A stretch of DNA of 64,000 nucleotides from Rhodothermales bacterium (lineage in GTDB: Bacteria; Bacteroidota; Rhodothermia; Rhodothermales; VXPQ01), in assembly GCA_040904565.1 (NCBI GenBank), contig JBBDTI010000054.1, forward strand, positions 22,144 through 86,143, in the 5' to 3' direction. The notes under the pieces are model-generated. The model did no database searches. It was given only the letters and a program-made list of their open reading frames with translations, and was not told the origin of the DNA. A program made the translations under genes and the position numbers. Positions 7,867 through 17,069 of the stretch are shown here, piece by piece. Positions within the stretch are counted from its first letter, which is position 1, and every line of letters starts with the position of its first letter.

Positions 7867-9399
7867 ATGGAAACCCGGATGGAATCCTCGAAGAAAGGTA
7901 TGACGCGAAGGAAGTTTATGGAGGGCGTCGCGGCTGCATCGGCCATGACCATCGTCCCTCGAAGTGTTCTCGGCGGGCCCGGCTACGTGGCTCCGAGCGA
8001 CAAGATCAACATCGCGCAGATCGGCTGCGGAACGCAGGCTATCAACCAGTTTAATACGGGTATCCTGACCCGTGACGACATTCAGCTGACGAGCGTCACC
8101 GACCCCAACCGGGACAGCCAGGACTACGTCAGCTGGGGCCCCTTCAGCACGCAGCGGAGTGCCCGCCGCCTTCTTCAGGACGACAGCTGGGGGGAGGGCG
8201 ACACGGGCACGCGCGGTGGGCGCGAGTACGCCAAGCTGATTTCAGAAACGTATTACGGCAAGACGGCAGGGAGGGAATCGTACGACGGCATCCGCGCCTA
8301 TGCCGATTTTCGTGAGATGCTCGCCCAGGAGGACGAAGCCGACGCCGTAATGGTCATCGTGCCCGATCACCAGCACGCCGGGATTGCGATCGCCGCGATG
8401 GAGGCGGGCAAGCACGTTATCATGCACAAGCCGGTCGCCGTGACCCCCTACGAGGTGCGCCGCGTCATGGAGACAATCGATCGCACGGGTAAGATCACCC
8501 ATCTGCTTGCATACCATCCGAAAGAACAGTTCCGCCGTCTGGAATCCTGGCTCAGTGGCGGGATGATCGGTCGGATTCGTGAAGTTCACAACTGGACGAA
8601 CCGTCCGGTCTGGCCGCAGGGGTGGTCCGACTACCCCCAGGAACGCGTCTCGGTGCCCGATGGCATGAACTGGGACCTGTGGCAGGGCCCAGTACCCGAG
8701 CAGAATTACCACCCGCTTCTGACGCACACGCTGTACCGTGGCTGGTACAATTACGGGGTCGGATGCCTCGGCGACATGGGGAATTACAGCCTCTGGCAGC
8801 CGCATCGTTTCCTGGATCTCGATGCACCGAATATGGTCGAGGCCTACACGAATAAGAGCGTCATACTGACCGAGCAGAATACGTGCCGGAACACGAACGC
8901 CTCACCCGTCGCCTTTCCGAACGCGAGTCAGATCCACTTCCGTTTTCCTGCCAAAGGAGACCGGCCCGAGGTCGACATGTACTGGTACAGCGGTGCGATG
9001 AAGCCGCAGACGCCGAAGGAGATGATCGACGACGGGACCCAGCTGCCGAGCGAGGGTATGCTGTTCGTCGGTGACCACGGCAAGATGCTGTGCGACTTTT
9101 ATGGAGGCAACCCGCAGCTGCTCCCGCAGTCGCGCATGAAGGCACTCGGCGTGGGTGAGGAAGAAGATGTCGATTCCGACCAGAACGACGACTGGACGCA
9201 CGCCATTCTGACCGACGGTCATACGCCGGGAAGCTTCAAGGACGCGGAGAGCCTGGCCTACACGACCGCGTTGGGCGTCATCGCGCTGCGCACTCCGACC
9301 GAGCGGCTGCACTGGGATCACGCGAATCTGGGCTTCACGAACAGCTCGGAAGCGAACAATCTCGTACGCCGCGAGCGTCGCGAGGGATGGGAGATCTAA
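7867..9399 (+). CDS. Gfo/Idh/MocA family oxidoreductase, Tat-exported (paralog 2)
   Basis: Collinear with 6183..7709, roughly 70% identical by eye. Tat motif KGMTRRKFMEGVAAASAMTIVP. Alignment to paralog 1 favours the ATG at 7879 (MESSKKG) over 7867. Confidence 0.85.
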   Translation: METRMESSKKGMTRRKFMEGVAAASAMTIVPRSVLGGPGYVAPSDKINIAQIGCGTQAINQFNTGILTRDDIQLTSVTDPNRDSQDYVSWGPFSTQRSARRLLQDDSWGEGDTGTRGGREYAKLISETYYGKTAGRESYDGIRAYADFREMLAQEDEADAVMVIVPDHQHAGIAIAAMEAGKHVIMHKPVAVTPYEVRRVMETIDRTGKITHLLAYHPKEQFRRLESWLSGGMIGRIREVHNWTNRPVWPQGWSDYPQERVSVPDGMNWDLWQGPVPEQNYHPLLTHTLYRGWYNYGVGCLGDMGNYSLWQPHRFLDLDAPNMVEAYTNKSVILTEQNTCRNTNASPVAFPNASQIHFRFPAKGDRPEVDMYWYSGAMKPQTPKEMIDDGTQLPSEGMLFVGDHGKMLCDFYGGNPQLLPQSRMKALGVGEEEDVDSDQNDDWTHAILTDGHTPGSFKDAESLAYTTALGVIALRTPTERLHWDHANLGFTNSSEANNLVRRERREGWEI

Positions 9400-9516
9400 C
9401 GATCCACATCTCCGGTCCTATTGCAGGATGACGGATCGAAGGATGACCGTGTAGGAGCGAGTTCTTGATGCCCGTTCGTATCAGTACGTCCGGTTATGAT
9501 CCTTTTGTGCCCTGAA

Positions 9517-9544
9517 CGAATTACTCAGTAGACTGAGTAATTCG
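9517..9544. terminator. 13-bp-stem hairpin (CGAATTACTCAGT-AG-ACTGAGTAATTCG) between convergent genes; related to the 30782 palindrome
   Basis: Read directly and cross-checked via the ORF 9481..9681 translation. Lies between the + gene ending at 9399 and the - gene ending at 9685. Confidence 0.55.
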
Positions 9545-9684
9545 ATAAAGAGAGGTCTGAACGTCCGGTGAAGAATCCAACGGTCCTCTAATGCAGTTGA
9601 CGGGTTTGTAGCCGGACCGCGGCTCGGGCACGGCGTCGTGCGCCGGAAGTGAGAGAGGCTGCGACGCGCGCCGTTATCCAACGA

Positions 9685-10455
9685 CTACCCGAGATAGGGA
9701 CGAATCCAGTCCAGTCCGGCATCGGTGTCACCCCGCGGATTGTACTCGCAGCCCACCCACCCCTCGTAGCCGACGCGGTCGAGCGTCGCGAACACGTGGT
9801 CGTAGTCGATTTCACCCTCATCCGGTTCGTGGCGAAGCGGTACGGACGCGATCTGAACGTGTCCGAAGTCCATCTCTTCGGTGAGACGCGTGAGGTCGCC
9901 GTCCATGATCTGGGCATGGTAATAGTCCAGCTGCACCGACACGTTCGTGCGATCAATCCGACGGACGAGCTCGGCGGCTTCTCCTTGATGCGCGAAGAGA
10001 TAGCCTGGGACGTCGCGATCGTTCAAGGCCTCGATCAAGATGGTGAGTCCGTGTGCCGCCGCGGCGTCCGCGGCGAAACGGATGTTCTCGACGAACGTCT
10101 GCTTGCAGCGCGCTCTGTCGCTGTCCGGGACGATGCCGGCCATGGCGTGCAGGTTGGTGCAGCGGAGCGCGCGGGCATATTCGATGGCTTTTCCGACACT
10201 GTCTCGAAATGCCTCGCGCCGGTTGGGGAGAGCGGCCGTGCCGCGATCCCCGGCGTCCCAGTCGCCCGGCGGCAGGTTGAACAGTACCTGTTCGAGATCG
10301 AGGTCGTCAAGCAGCCCGCGCAGCTCCTTCGGGTCGTAGTCGTACGGAAAAAGGTATTCGACGGCCGTAAAGCCGGCGGCAGCGGCGCGCTCGAACCGCT
10401 GGAGGAACGGGACCTCCGTGAAGAGTGTGGAGAGGTTGGCGGCGAACCGTGGCAT
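9685..10455 (-). CDS. otnI: Hydroxypyruvate isomerase family TIM barrel; by context 2-oxo-tetronate isomerase
   Basis: ATG at 10455. N-terminus MPRFAANLSTLFTEVPFLQRFERAAAAGFTAVEYLFPYDY is typical of the Hyi/OtnI family. Last gene of the otnK/otnC operon. Confidence 0.7.
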   Translation of the reverse strand: MPRFAANLSTLFTEVPFLQRFERAAAAGFTAVEYLFPYDYDPKELRGLLDDLDLEQVLFNLPPGDWDAGDRGTAALPNRREAFRDSVGKAIEYARALRCTNLHAMAGIVPDSDRARCKQTFVENIRFAADAAAAHGLTILIEALNDRDVPGYLFAHQGEAAELVRRIDRTNVSVQLDYYHAQIMDGDLTRLTEEMDFGHVQIASVPLRHEPDEGEIDYDHVFATLDRVGYEGWVGCEYNPRGDTDAGLDWIRPYLG

Positions 10456-10458
10456 GAA

Positions 10459-11088
10459 CTATCCTCGCAGCTCCGTAATTTCGTCGTCTGTCAGGTAGCG
10501 AACGTCCTCGTCCCGAAGGAGGAACCAGAGGCGGGCCGTTTCTTCCAGCTCTTCCGCATTGTCGACCGCCTCTTCGAAGTTGGACCCCAGCACGACCGGA
10601 CCGTGAGAGGCGAGCAGGAAGGCTTCCGCGTCGCGCGTTCGGGCCAGCTCCGCAAGGTCGCGGCCGATGCGCGGGTCGCCCGGCCGGTAGTACGGCACCA
10701 CGGGCAGCTCTCCGATGCGCATGACGAAATAAGGCGTAAACGGGCGGATCGCATTGTCGTAGTCGAGGTCGCGACGGCAGGACAGGGCGGTCAGGTACGT
10801 CGAGTGAAGGTGCACGACGGCCCCGGCGCCCGGCCGTGCACCGTAGAGATCGAGGTGGAAGGCGAATTCCTTCGTGGGCTTCGCTCCGCTCAGCAAGGTG
10901 CCGTCCGACGCGATTTTGGAGAGCGATCCGGCGTCGAGCCGGCCCATGCAGGATCCGGTGGGTGTGACGAGGTACGTGTCGCCGGGCAGGCGGAGCGACA
11001 GGTTGCCGGCACCGCCGACGGCGTAGCCCCGGTCGAATAACGTGCGTCCGAGGCGGCACATCTGTTCGCGAAGCTCGGTTTCCGTCAT
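10459..11088 (-). CDS. otnC: Class II aldolase/adducin family protein; by context 3-oxo-tetronate 4-phosphate decarboxylase
   Basis: True start is the ATG at 11088 (MTETELREQM...), 209 aa. GGAGNLSLR and HLHS motifs of class II aldolases. ATGA overlap with otnK. The longer ORF 10459..12180 is an out-of-frame extension. Confidence 0.75.
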   Translation of the reverse strand: MTETELREQMCRLGRTLFDRGYAVGGAGNLSLRLPGDTYLVTPTGSCMGRLDAGSLSKIASDGTLLSGAKPTKEFAFHLDLYGARPGAGAVVHLHSTYLTALSCRRDLDYDNAIRPFTPYFVMRIGELPVVPYYRPGDPRIGRDLAELARTRDAEAFLLASHGPVVLGSNFEEAVDNAEELEETARLWFLLRDEDVRYLTDDEITELRG

Positions 11089-12350
11089 GGTACGTCTCTC
11101 TGGCAATCGAAAAAAAAGCGCTCCGAGCCGAAATTGCCGGATTTCAGCGCCATCGAATAGCTCCCGTCGATGGACCGCACCCACGGAACGCCGGGAGCGA
11201 TCTGGGGTCCGACGTGAAATCCGTCGACGCCGAGGGCGTCCACGACCGCGCCGGAGGTTTCCCCCCCGGCGACTATAAAACGCGTCGTCCCGGCGTCTGC
11301 CAACAACCGGGCGAGCGATGCAAAGGTTCGCTCGACAGCCTCGCCCGCGTCCGGACCCATCCGCCGCTGGATCTCCTGCAGCGTACCGGGATCGGTCGTG
11401 GCATATACGAGGGGAGCGTGGCGGGACGATTGGTGGTCCTGCACCCATCCGGCCAGCTCTCGCGCGTAGGCCGGCGCGTCCAGGCACCGGTCGACGTCCA
11501 TCGCCACGGCCGGTGCTGCTTCGGCATAGTGGCGGACCTGGGCGCGCGTCATGTCCGAGCATGAACCGGAAAGGATGACCGCTGGGCCGGCGTCCGGGCG
11601 GCCTGCCGCGGCGGCCTCGACGGGATCGATACGGTCGTCGACACACGCTCGCGCGAGTGCGGCGGCCAGCCCGGAGCCTCCCGTCGTCAGCGGCAGATCG
11701 CGGACGGCCCGGGCGAGTGTATCGAGATGTTCGGAGCGAAGCGCGTCGAGGACGACATAGCGGATGCCGGCCCCTGCGAGGGTGTCGATTTCTCGACGAA
11801 CGGCCGTCGCCCCGGCATCGACGACATCCGCCGGCACGACGCCGGCTCGTCCACGAGACTGTGCTTCCATGAGCCGGCCGAGGTGGCTGTCGGTCATGGG
11901 TGTAATGGGGTGGTGACGCATGCCCGTCTCTTCGAGGAGGACGCCGTTCACGAAGAGATACCCGTGATAGATCGTGCGGCCGTTCACCGGCAGGGCCGGA
12001 CAGACGACGGTTACGTCGGCCTCCAGCCGATCCATCAGCGCGTCGGCTACCGGACCGATATTGCCGTCGGTCGTGCTGTCGAACGTAGAACAATATTTCT
12101 GGTAGATGCGGTGCGCACCGTGCCGTTGCAGCCAGGCGAGGGCGGCGCAGCTGTGGCGGACGGCTTGCTCGGGTGGACAAGAACGCGACTTCAGGCTGAT
12201 GACGATGGCCTGTGACGCTCCCTCCGCCTCGAAGTGTCTGTCATCGGCAGGTACTCCCACGAGCTGGGTCGTACGTACACCGGCCGCAACGAGAAATCCT
12301 GCCACGTCCGTGGCCCCCGTAAAGTCGTCCGCGATGATGCCGAGCTGCAT
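11085..12350 (-). CDS. otnK: Four-carbon acid-sugar kinase (DUF1537 family); 3-oxo-tetronate kinase
   Basis: ATG at 12350. Hallmark N-terminus MQLGIIADDFTGATDVAGFL. About 420 aa, as in the family. Confidence 0.8.
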   Translation of the reverse strand: MQLGIIADDFTGATDVAGFLVAAGVRTTQLVGVPADDRHFEAEGASQAIVISLKSRSCPPEQAVRHSCAALAWLQRHGAHRIYQKYCSTFDSTTDGNIGPVADALMDRLEADVTVVCPALPVNGRTIYHGYLFVNGVLLEETGMRHHPITPMTDSHLGRLMEAQSRGRAGVVPADVVDAGATAVRREIDTLAGAGIRYVVLDALRSEHLDTLARAVRDLPLTTGGSGLAAALARACVDDRIDPVEAAAAGRPDAGPAVILSGSCSDMTRAQVRHYAEAAPAVAMDVDRCLDAPAYARELAGWVQDHQSSRHAPLVYATTDPGTLQEIQRRMGPDAGEAVERTFASLARLLADAGTTRFIVAGGETSGAVVDALGVDGFHVGPQIAPGVPWVRSIDGSYSMALKSGNFGSERFFFDCQRDVP

Positions 12351-12356
12351 GGCGAC

Positions 12357-13748
12357 CTAACCGAAGAGTCCGTAAAGGATGAGCAGCATCACGAGGGAGC
12401 TGAGCCAGCCCAGCGTCGTGGGTACGGACCAGGTCAGCATCTGCTGCTTCGCGTCCGTTACACCCAGCATCCGGTTGACGACCCAGAAATAGCTGTCGTT
12501 GAAGTAGCTGAAGACCATCGAGCCGATGGCGGCGGCCTGGGCGGCGAAGACCATGTTGACGTCGGGCATCGCCATGAGAATGGGTGCGGAGATGGACGCG
12601 CCCGTAATCATCGCCACCGTGCCGCTGCCCTGTACGAGGCGCATGATGCTCGCGATGGCAAACGGAATCAGTATGGCAGGAATGGCCAGTGTGGCGATGG
12701 ACTCGCCGATGACGTCGCCGGCCCCGCTGTCGCGCAGTACGGCACCGAGCGCGCCGCCCGCTCCGGTGACGAGCAGGATAATGCCGGCGCTTTCGACGCC
12801 TTTCTCCATGTCCCGGACGACCTGATCGCGCGAGCGCCCGGGAACGAGCGTATAGGCGGCGAGCACGACGCCGATGCCGACGGCGATCACCGGATTGCCG
12901 ACGTAGGCGAAGAACCGTATCCACGCGGCGCCTGCCAGGTCGGGGTTCATGTCCGCGAGGAACGAGGTGCCCGTGTTTAGAAAGATCAGGAAGATGGGCA
13001 CCACGATCGGGGCCATGGAGAGGGTCACCGACGGCAGGTCCCTGGACCGTTCCGCTACGTTCGACTTAAACGTTTCAAAGGCCTCCTCCGCACTCGGCAC
13101 GTCTTCTTCCAGCGTTGTTTCGATCCGCGGGCCCATGCGGCGGGCATACCACACGATGACTCCGATGCCTGGCAGCGTGCAGAGCGTGCCCCACATGATC
13201 ATCAGCCCGATGTCGACGTCGAAAATGCCGGCGATGCCGAGTGGACCGGGCGTGGGCGGTATGGCGTGATGCGTCAGCATGAGTCCACCCGCGAGACAGA
13301 TGCCGAGCGTAATGACCGACTTCCCCGTCGTCTTGCTCAGCGCTTTAACGAGCGGGACGAGAATGACGAATGCGGAGTCGCAAAAGATGGGCACCGAGAC
13401 GACGTATCCCGTCACGGTAAGTGCCCATTCCTCGCGTTTCTCCCCGAGCCATTCGATCAGGCTGTACGCCATACGTTCGGCTGCGCCGGAGACTTCCAGC
13501 AGGCGACCCATCATCACCCCGAACCCGATCACGAGACCGATCGTCGAGAGCGTATTGCCGAAGCCCCGCGTTATCGAAGCAACGACCTCGTCCGCCGGCA
13601 TCCCGCCTACGAGTCCGGCTACCGACGCCGCGGCTACGAGGGCGAGTACGGCGTGGATTTTCGTCCGCAGAACGAGCAGCAAGAGCAGCAGGACCGCCAG
13701 CAGGAGTCCGCCGATGAGCTGCAGTTCGGATGGGGCGGCAGGGTCCAT
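12357..13748 (-). CDS. GntP family (gluconate:H+ symporter-type) permease
   Basis: Start ATG at 13748 (MDPAAPSELQLIGGLLLAV...), 463 aa. GntP-like ITRGFGNTLSTIGLVIGFGVMMGRLLEVSGAAERMA. 1-nt TGATG overlap with the upstream gene. Confidence 0.85.
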   Translation of the reverse strand: MDPAAPSELQLIGGLLLAVLLLLLLVLRTKIHAVLALVAAASVAGLVGGMPADEVVASITRGFGNTLSTIGLVIGFGVMMGRLLEVSGAAERMAYSLIEWLGEKREEWALTVTGYVVSVPIFCDSAFVILVPLVKALSKTTGKSVITLGICLAGGLMLTHHAIPPTPGPLGIAGIFDVDIGLMIMWGTLCTLPGIGVIVWYARRMGPRIETTLEEDVPSAEEAFETFKSNVAERSRDLPSVTLSMAPIVVPIFLIFLNTGTSFLADMNPDLAGAAWIRFFAYVGNPVIAVGIGVVLAAYTLVPGRSRDQVVRDMEKGVESAGIILLVTGAGGALGAVLRDSGAGDVIGESIATLAIPAILIPFAIASIMRLVQGSGTVAMITGASISAPILMAMPDVNMVFAAQAAAIGSMVFSYFNDSYFWVVNRMLGVTDAKQQMLTWSVPTTLGWLSSLVMLLILYGLFG

Positions 13749-14710
13749 CACGCAGCCTCTCGTCCCAGTTCGTCTACGTACTGGCGCACGACATCGTCGA
13801 AGCCGGCATCGCGGCGGAAGCCGAGGGCGAGGGCCCGTTGGACGTCGAAGGCTCCGGGCCAGCTGCAGACGATGTTCTTGATGCGTTCGTCTTCCTGGTG
13901 TCGGACGAGCCGGCGGGCCTTTTCCCCGCCGATACGCTCGAGACTGTCCAGCATCTGCCTCGGCGTGACCGTCAGGCCGGGCAGGTTGAGCGAGCGGCGC
14001 AGTCCGATCGGCGTCGCGTCCATTCCTACGGCGTGCGCCAGATTTTCGATCGCGGTACCCGGCGAGCTGATCCACAGCCGGGTGTCGAGCGGAACGGGGC
14101 AGACGCTCTCTTCACCGTTCATGGGCTCTCGAATGATGCCGCTTACGAAGGACGAGGCCGCGGCATTGGGCGTACCGGCGCGGACGGTGATCGTCGGCAG
14201 GCGGCAGACGATGCCGTCGATGAAGCCCCGCCGGGTGTATTCGTTGAGTAGCAGCTCCGCGACGGCCTTTCCCGTTCCATAGGACGACTCCGGCGTGAGC
14301 ACCATGTCGGGCGGCACGATCTCCGGCAGGTCCCCGCCGAACACCGCCAGGGAGCTCGAAAAAATGAAGCGCGGGGTGCGGCGTTCGAGCGCACGACACA
14401 CCTCGAGCAAGTCCCGCGTCGCGTCGACGTTAATCTTCAACCCGAGATCGAACTCGTTCTCGGACTGTCCGCTCAAGACCGCAGCCAGATGAACGACGGC
14501 GTCGACGTCGTCGTCCACGATCCCCCGCACGTAAGGAGGATCTGCGATGGATCCGGTCCGCACGTCGATACGGTCGTCGTCGATCGCGCATCTGTTGAGG
14601 TCCGCGGCTATAATGGTATCGACGTTCGGCACCTGATCCGTACCGGACAACAGCATCTTGATGAGGCGGCTGCCGAGAAAGCCGGCGGCACCGGTTACCA
14701 GGATCTTCAT
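13748..14710 (-). CDS. denD: NAD-dependent epimerase/dehydratase family dehydrogenase; by context D-erythronate 2-dehydrogenase-like
   Basis: ATG at 14710 gives MKILVTGAAGFLGSRLI (GxxGxxG). First gene of the operon with gntP/otnK/otnC/otnI. The specific substrate is inferred from context only. Confidence 0.6.
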   Translation of the reverse strand: MKILVTGAAGFLGSRLIKMLLSGTDQVPNVDTIIAADLNRCAIDDDRIDVRTGSIADPPYVRGIVDDDVDAVVHLAAVLSGQSENEFDLGLKINVDATRDLLEVCRALERRTPRFIFSSSLAVFGGDLPEIVPPDMVLTPESSYGTGKAVAELLLNEYTRRGFIDGIVCRLPTITVRAGTPNAAASSFVSGIIREPMNGEESVCPVPLDTRLWISSPGTAIENLAHAVGMDATPIGLRRSLNLPGLTVTPRQMLDSLERIGGEKARRLVRHQEDERIKNIVCSWPGAFDVQRALALGFRRDAGFDDVVRQYVDELGREAA

Positions 14711-14861
14711 GGATATGCTGGTGGTGAACTGCTGCACTCCGTACGGTAGGTCGAGGCTGCAAGAAAGGGTGAAGGGAGGATCCGCGCAAGCGCAACGTGC
14801 CGACGTCGACGACATTCGACATCGATCATGATGCTATTTGAACTACCTGTTTGGAAGCTAG

Positions 14862-15839
14862 ATGAGATACGTAATAATCGGTACGGGAAATATTGCTCGA
14901 ACGTACGTCTCGGCGGTCGACAAGCTCGACGGCCAGGAGATCGTCGGCTTCGTCTCGCGGAGCCCGCGACGGCCGTCGTTCGTGGAAGGAAACGTGGACG
15001 TCGCCGAAACCCTGGACGAGATCTCGGCGCCGTTTGACGCCGTGATTCTGGCCACACCTCCCGGCCTCCATCACAAGGGTGCTGCCGCCGCCGCGGCGCA
15101 GGGTAAGCACGTTCTCTCGGAGAAGCCGCTGGACGTTACGCGAGCGAACATGGACGCGATGATCGACGCGTGCCGGCAGGCCGGCGTGAAGCTCGCCGTC
15201 GCGTATCAGCGTCGGATGAGTCCGGATAACCAGGCGCTTAAGAAGGTCCTCGACGACGAGGGACTCGGACGCCTGTACGCGGCCGATCTTAGCGTCAAGT
15301 TTTATCGCGACCAGTCCTATTACGACAGCGCGCCGTACCGTGGTACGCTGGTAGAGGATGGCGGAGGTCCGTTCGTGCAGCAGGCCTCGCACAACATAGA
15401 TCTGTACAGCTGGTTCTTCGGGACGCCGAAGCAGGTCGTGAGTATGATGGGCACGCTGGCGCACGACATCGAAGTCGAGGACCACGGCGCGGCGCTGCTC
15501 CGGCACGACGACGGGATGATCGGCACGATTGTCGCCTCGACGCTGGCCAAACCGGGCTTTGCGGCTCGACTGGAGGTGCACGGCGAACGCGGATCCGTCG
15601 TTGCCGAAAACGACCGCATCACGACCTGGGAGGTCGACGGGGTTGCGAATCCGTCTACAGAACCCGCCGGCGCGATCCACAGTGGGGCGTCCGTCTCCGT
15701 CGAAGACACGTTCGGACACGAAGCCATCCTGAACGATTTCGTGGAGGCGGTACGGGACGATCGCGATCCGATGGTAACCGGCGAGTCGGCCCGCGAGGCC
15801 TCTCGTCTCATCCTGTGTATCTATGAAGGCGCCGTCTGA
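14862..15839 (+). CDS. Gfo/Idh/MocA family oxidoreductase (cytoplasmic)
   Basis: ATG at 14862. MRYVIIGTGNIARTYV Rossmann start and EKPL motif (VLSEKPLDV). No signal peptide. Confidence 0.85.
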   Translation: MRYVIIGTGNIARTYVSAVDKLDGQEIVGFVSRSPRRPSFVEGNVDVAETLDEISAPFDAVILATPPGLHHKGAAAAAAQGKHVLSEKPLDVTRANMDAMIDACRQAGVKLAVAYQRRMSPDNQALKKVLDDEGLGRLYAADLSVKFYRDQSYYDSAPYRGTLVEDGGGPFVQQASHNIDLYSWFFGTPKQVVSMMGTLAHDIEVEDHGAALLRHDDGMIGTIVASTLAKPGFAARLEVHGERGSVVAENDRITTWEVDGVANPSTEPAGAIHSGASVSVEDTFGHEAILNDFVEAVRDDRDPMVTGESAREASRLILCIYEGAV

Positions 15840-15921
15840 CGGGGAGGTAGCCGTATAATGATGGAGTGTCGAGCGATGATCGCGTTCACATATCGGAGCA
15901 ACGAGCCATTTCAGGGCAAAC

Positions 15922-17037
15922 ATGATGACGAACATGCCATCGATTCGGTACATAACGACAATCCACAATATGGCCGTTATGGCTGCACGCGCGGGCCTTA
16001 TCCTGGGCGTTGCCCTCGTGGCGGCCGTGACGCCGGCGTGGGCGCAGGACGCCGTGCTATCGCGGGGATTCATTTTCGAGGACGTCCCGTTCGAGAGCGC
16101 GCACGCGTCGACGATCGTGGAGACGGCGCCGGGAGAGCTCCTTGCGGCGTGGTTCGGAGGGTCGGATGAAGGGGAGCCCGACGTCGAGATTTGGGTCGCG
16201 CGGAAGTCCGGCAGCGAGCCCTGGACGATGCCGCGGGCGGTCACGTCCTATCCGGAGATGCCTTGCTGGAATCCGGTGCTCTATCACGGCGGCGAGACCA
16301 CGACGCTGTACTTCAAAGTGGGACCGAGTCCACGCGAATGGGTTGGAGCGTACCGTACGTCGGAGGATGGCGGGCAGACGTGGAGCGACGTGACGTACCT
16401 GCCTGCCGGACTCACCGGACCCATTCGAGCGAAACCGATCCGGCTGGAGGATGGGACGCTGCTCGCCGGGACGTCGTTCGAGGCCGGATATACCGGCGGC
16501 ACGCCGTCCGACGCCCCCTATCGCACCTGGTCGGTCTGGGTGGAACGGAGTACGGACGGCGGCCGGACGTGGACGAAGCACGGGCCCATCGGCGTGCCGG
16601 GCGAACTCTATGGCGTCATTCAGCCTACGCTCTGGGAATCGTCACCGGGAGTCGTACGGATGCTCATGCGTGCGACGGGCCGCATCGGCTACGTCCCGGA
16701 GGCGGTTTCGACCGACGGTGGCCGGACGTGGAGCCAGGCGCGGCCGACCCGATTGCCCAATCCGAACGCCGGGATCGACGTGGTCAAACTTAGTGACGGT
16801 CGCCTCGTCCTCATCTACAATCACACGGAGCGCGGCCGCAGCCCCATTCACCTGGCCGTTTCATCCGACGACGGCGCCACCTGGAGCGAGCCGCTCGTCC
16901 TCGAGGAAGGGCAGGGCGAGTTCTCCTATCCGGCCGTCATTCAAGCAGAAGACGGACGGCTCCACGTCACCTATACGTGGCGACGGGAGCGCGTCCGTCA
17001 TCTTGTCGTCGATGCCGAAACGCTTCCGGGTGGGTGA
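15922..17037 (+). CDS. BNR/Asp-box repeat sialidase-like (exo-alpha-sialidase family) protein, secreted
   Basis: Four Asp-box repeats: SEDGGQTWS, STDGGRTWT, STDGGRTWS, SSDDGATWS. Signal-like MAVMAARAGLILGVALVAAVTPAWAQ, so the true start may be about 15970. Confidence 0.8.
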   Translation: MMTNMPSIRYITTIHNMAVMAARAGLILGVALVAAVTPAWAQDAVLSRGFIFEDVPFESAHASTIVETAPGELLAAWFGGSDEGEPDVEIWVARKSGSEPWTMPRAVTSYPEMPCWNPVLYHGGETTTLYFKVGPSPREWVGAYRTSEDGGQTWSDVTYLPAGLTGPIRAKPIRLEDGTLLAGTSFEAGYTGGTPSDAPYRTWSVWVERSTDGGRTWTKHGPIGVPGELYGVIQPTLWESSPGVVRMLMRATGRIGYVPEAVSTDGGRTWSQARPTRLPNPNAGIDVVKLSDGRLVLIYNHTERGRSPIHLAVSSDDGATWSEPLVLEEGQGEFSYPAVIQAEDGRLHVTYTWRRERVRHLVVDAETLPGG

Positions 17038-17069
17038 GACCCCCGGGCGGCCTCCGGCGTCGATTCAGG

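Noticed and set aside
10459-12180. 573-aa ORF suggesting a large fusion protein upstream of the aldolase-family gene. Similar 5' extensions: 12357..14075, 13748..14815, 39758..42856, 46070..47764, 51841..53217, 56015..56746, 58663..59574, 32194..33267, 17070..17999, 18669..20789.
   Set aside because: The extensions are Arg/Pro-rich and overlap the real upstream gene in another frame or cover intergenic hairpins. Internal ATGs give proteins of canonical family length, with proper N-termini or signal peptides and tight or overlapping operon junctions.
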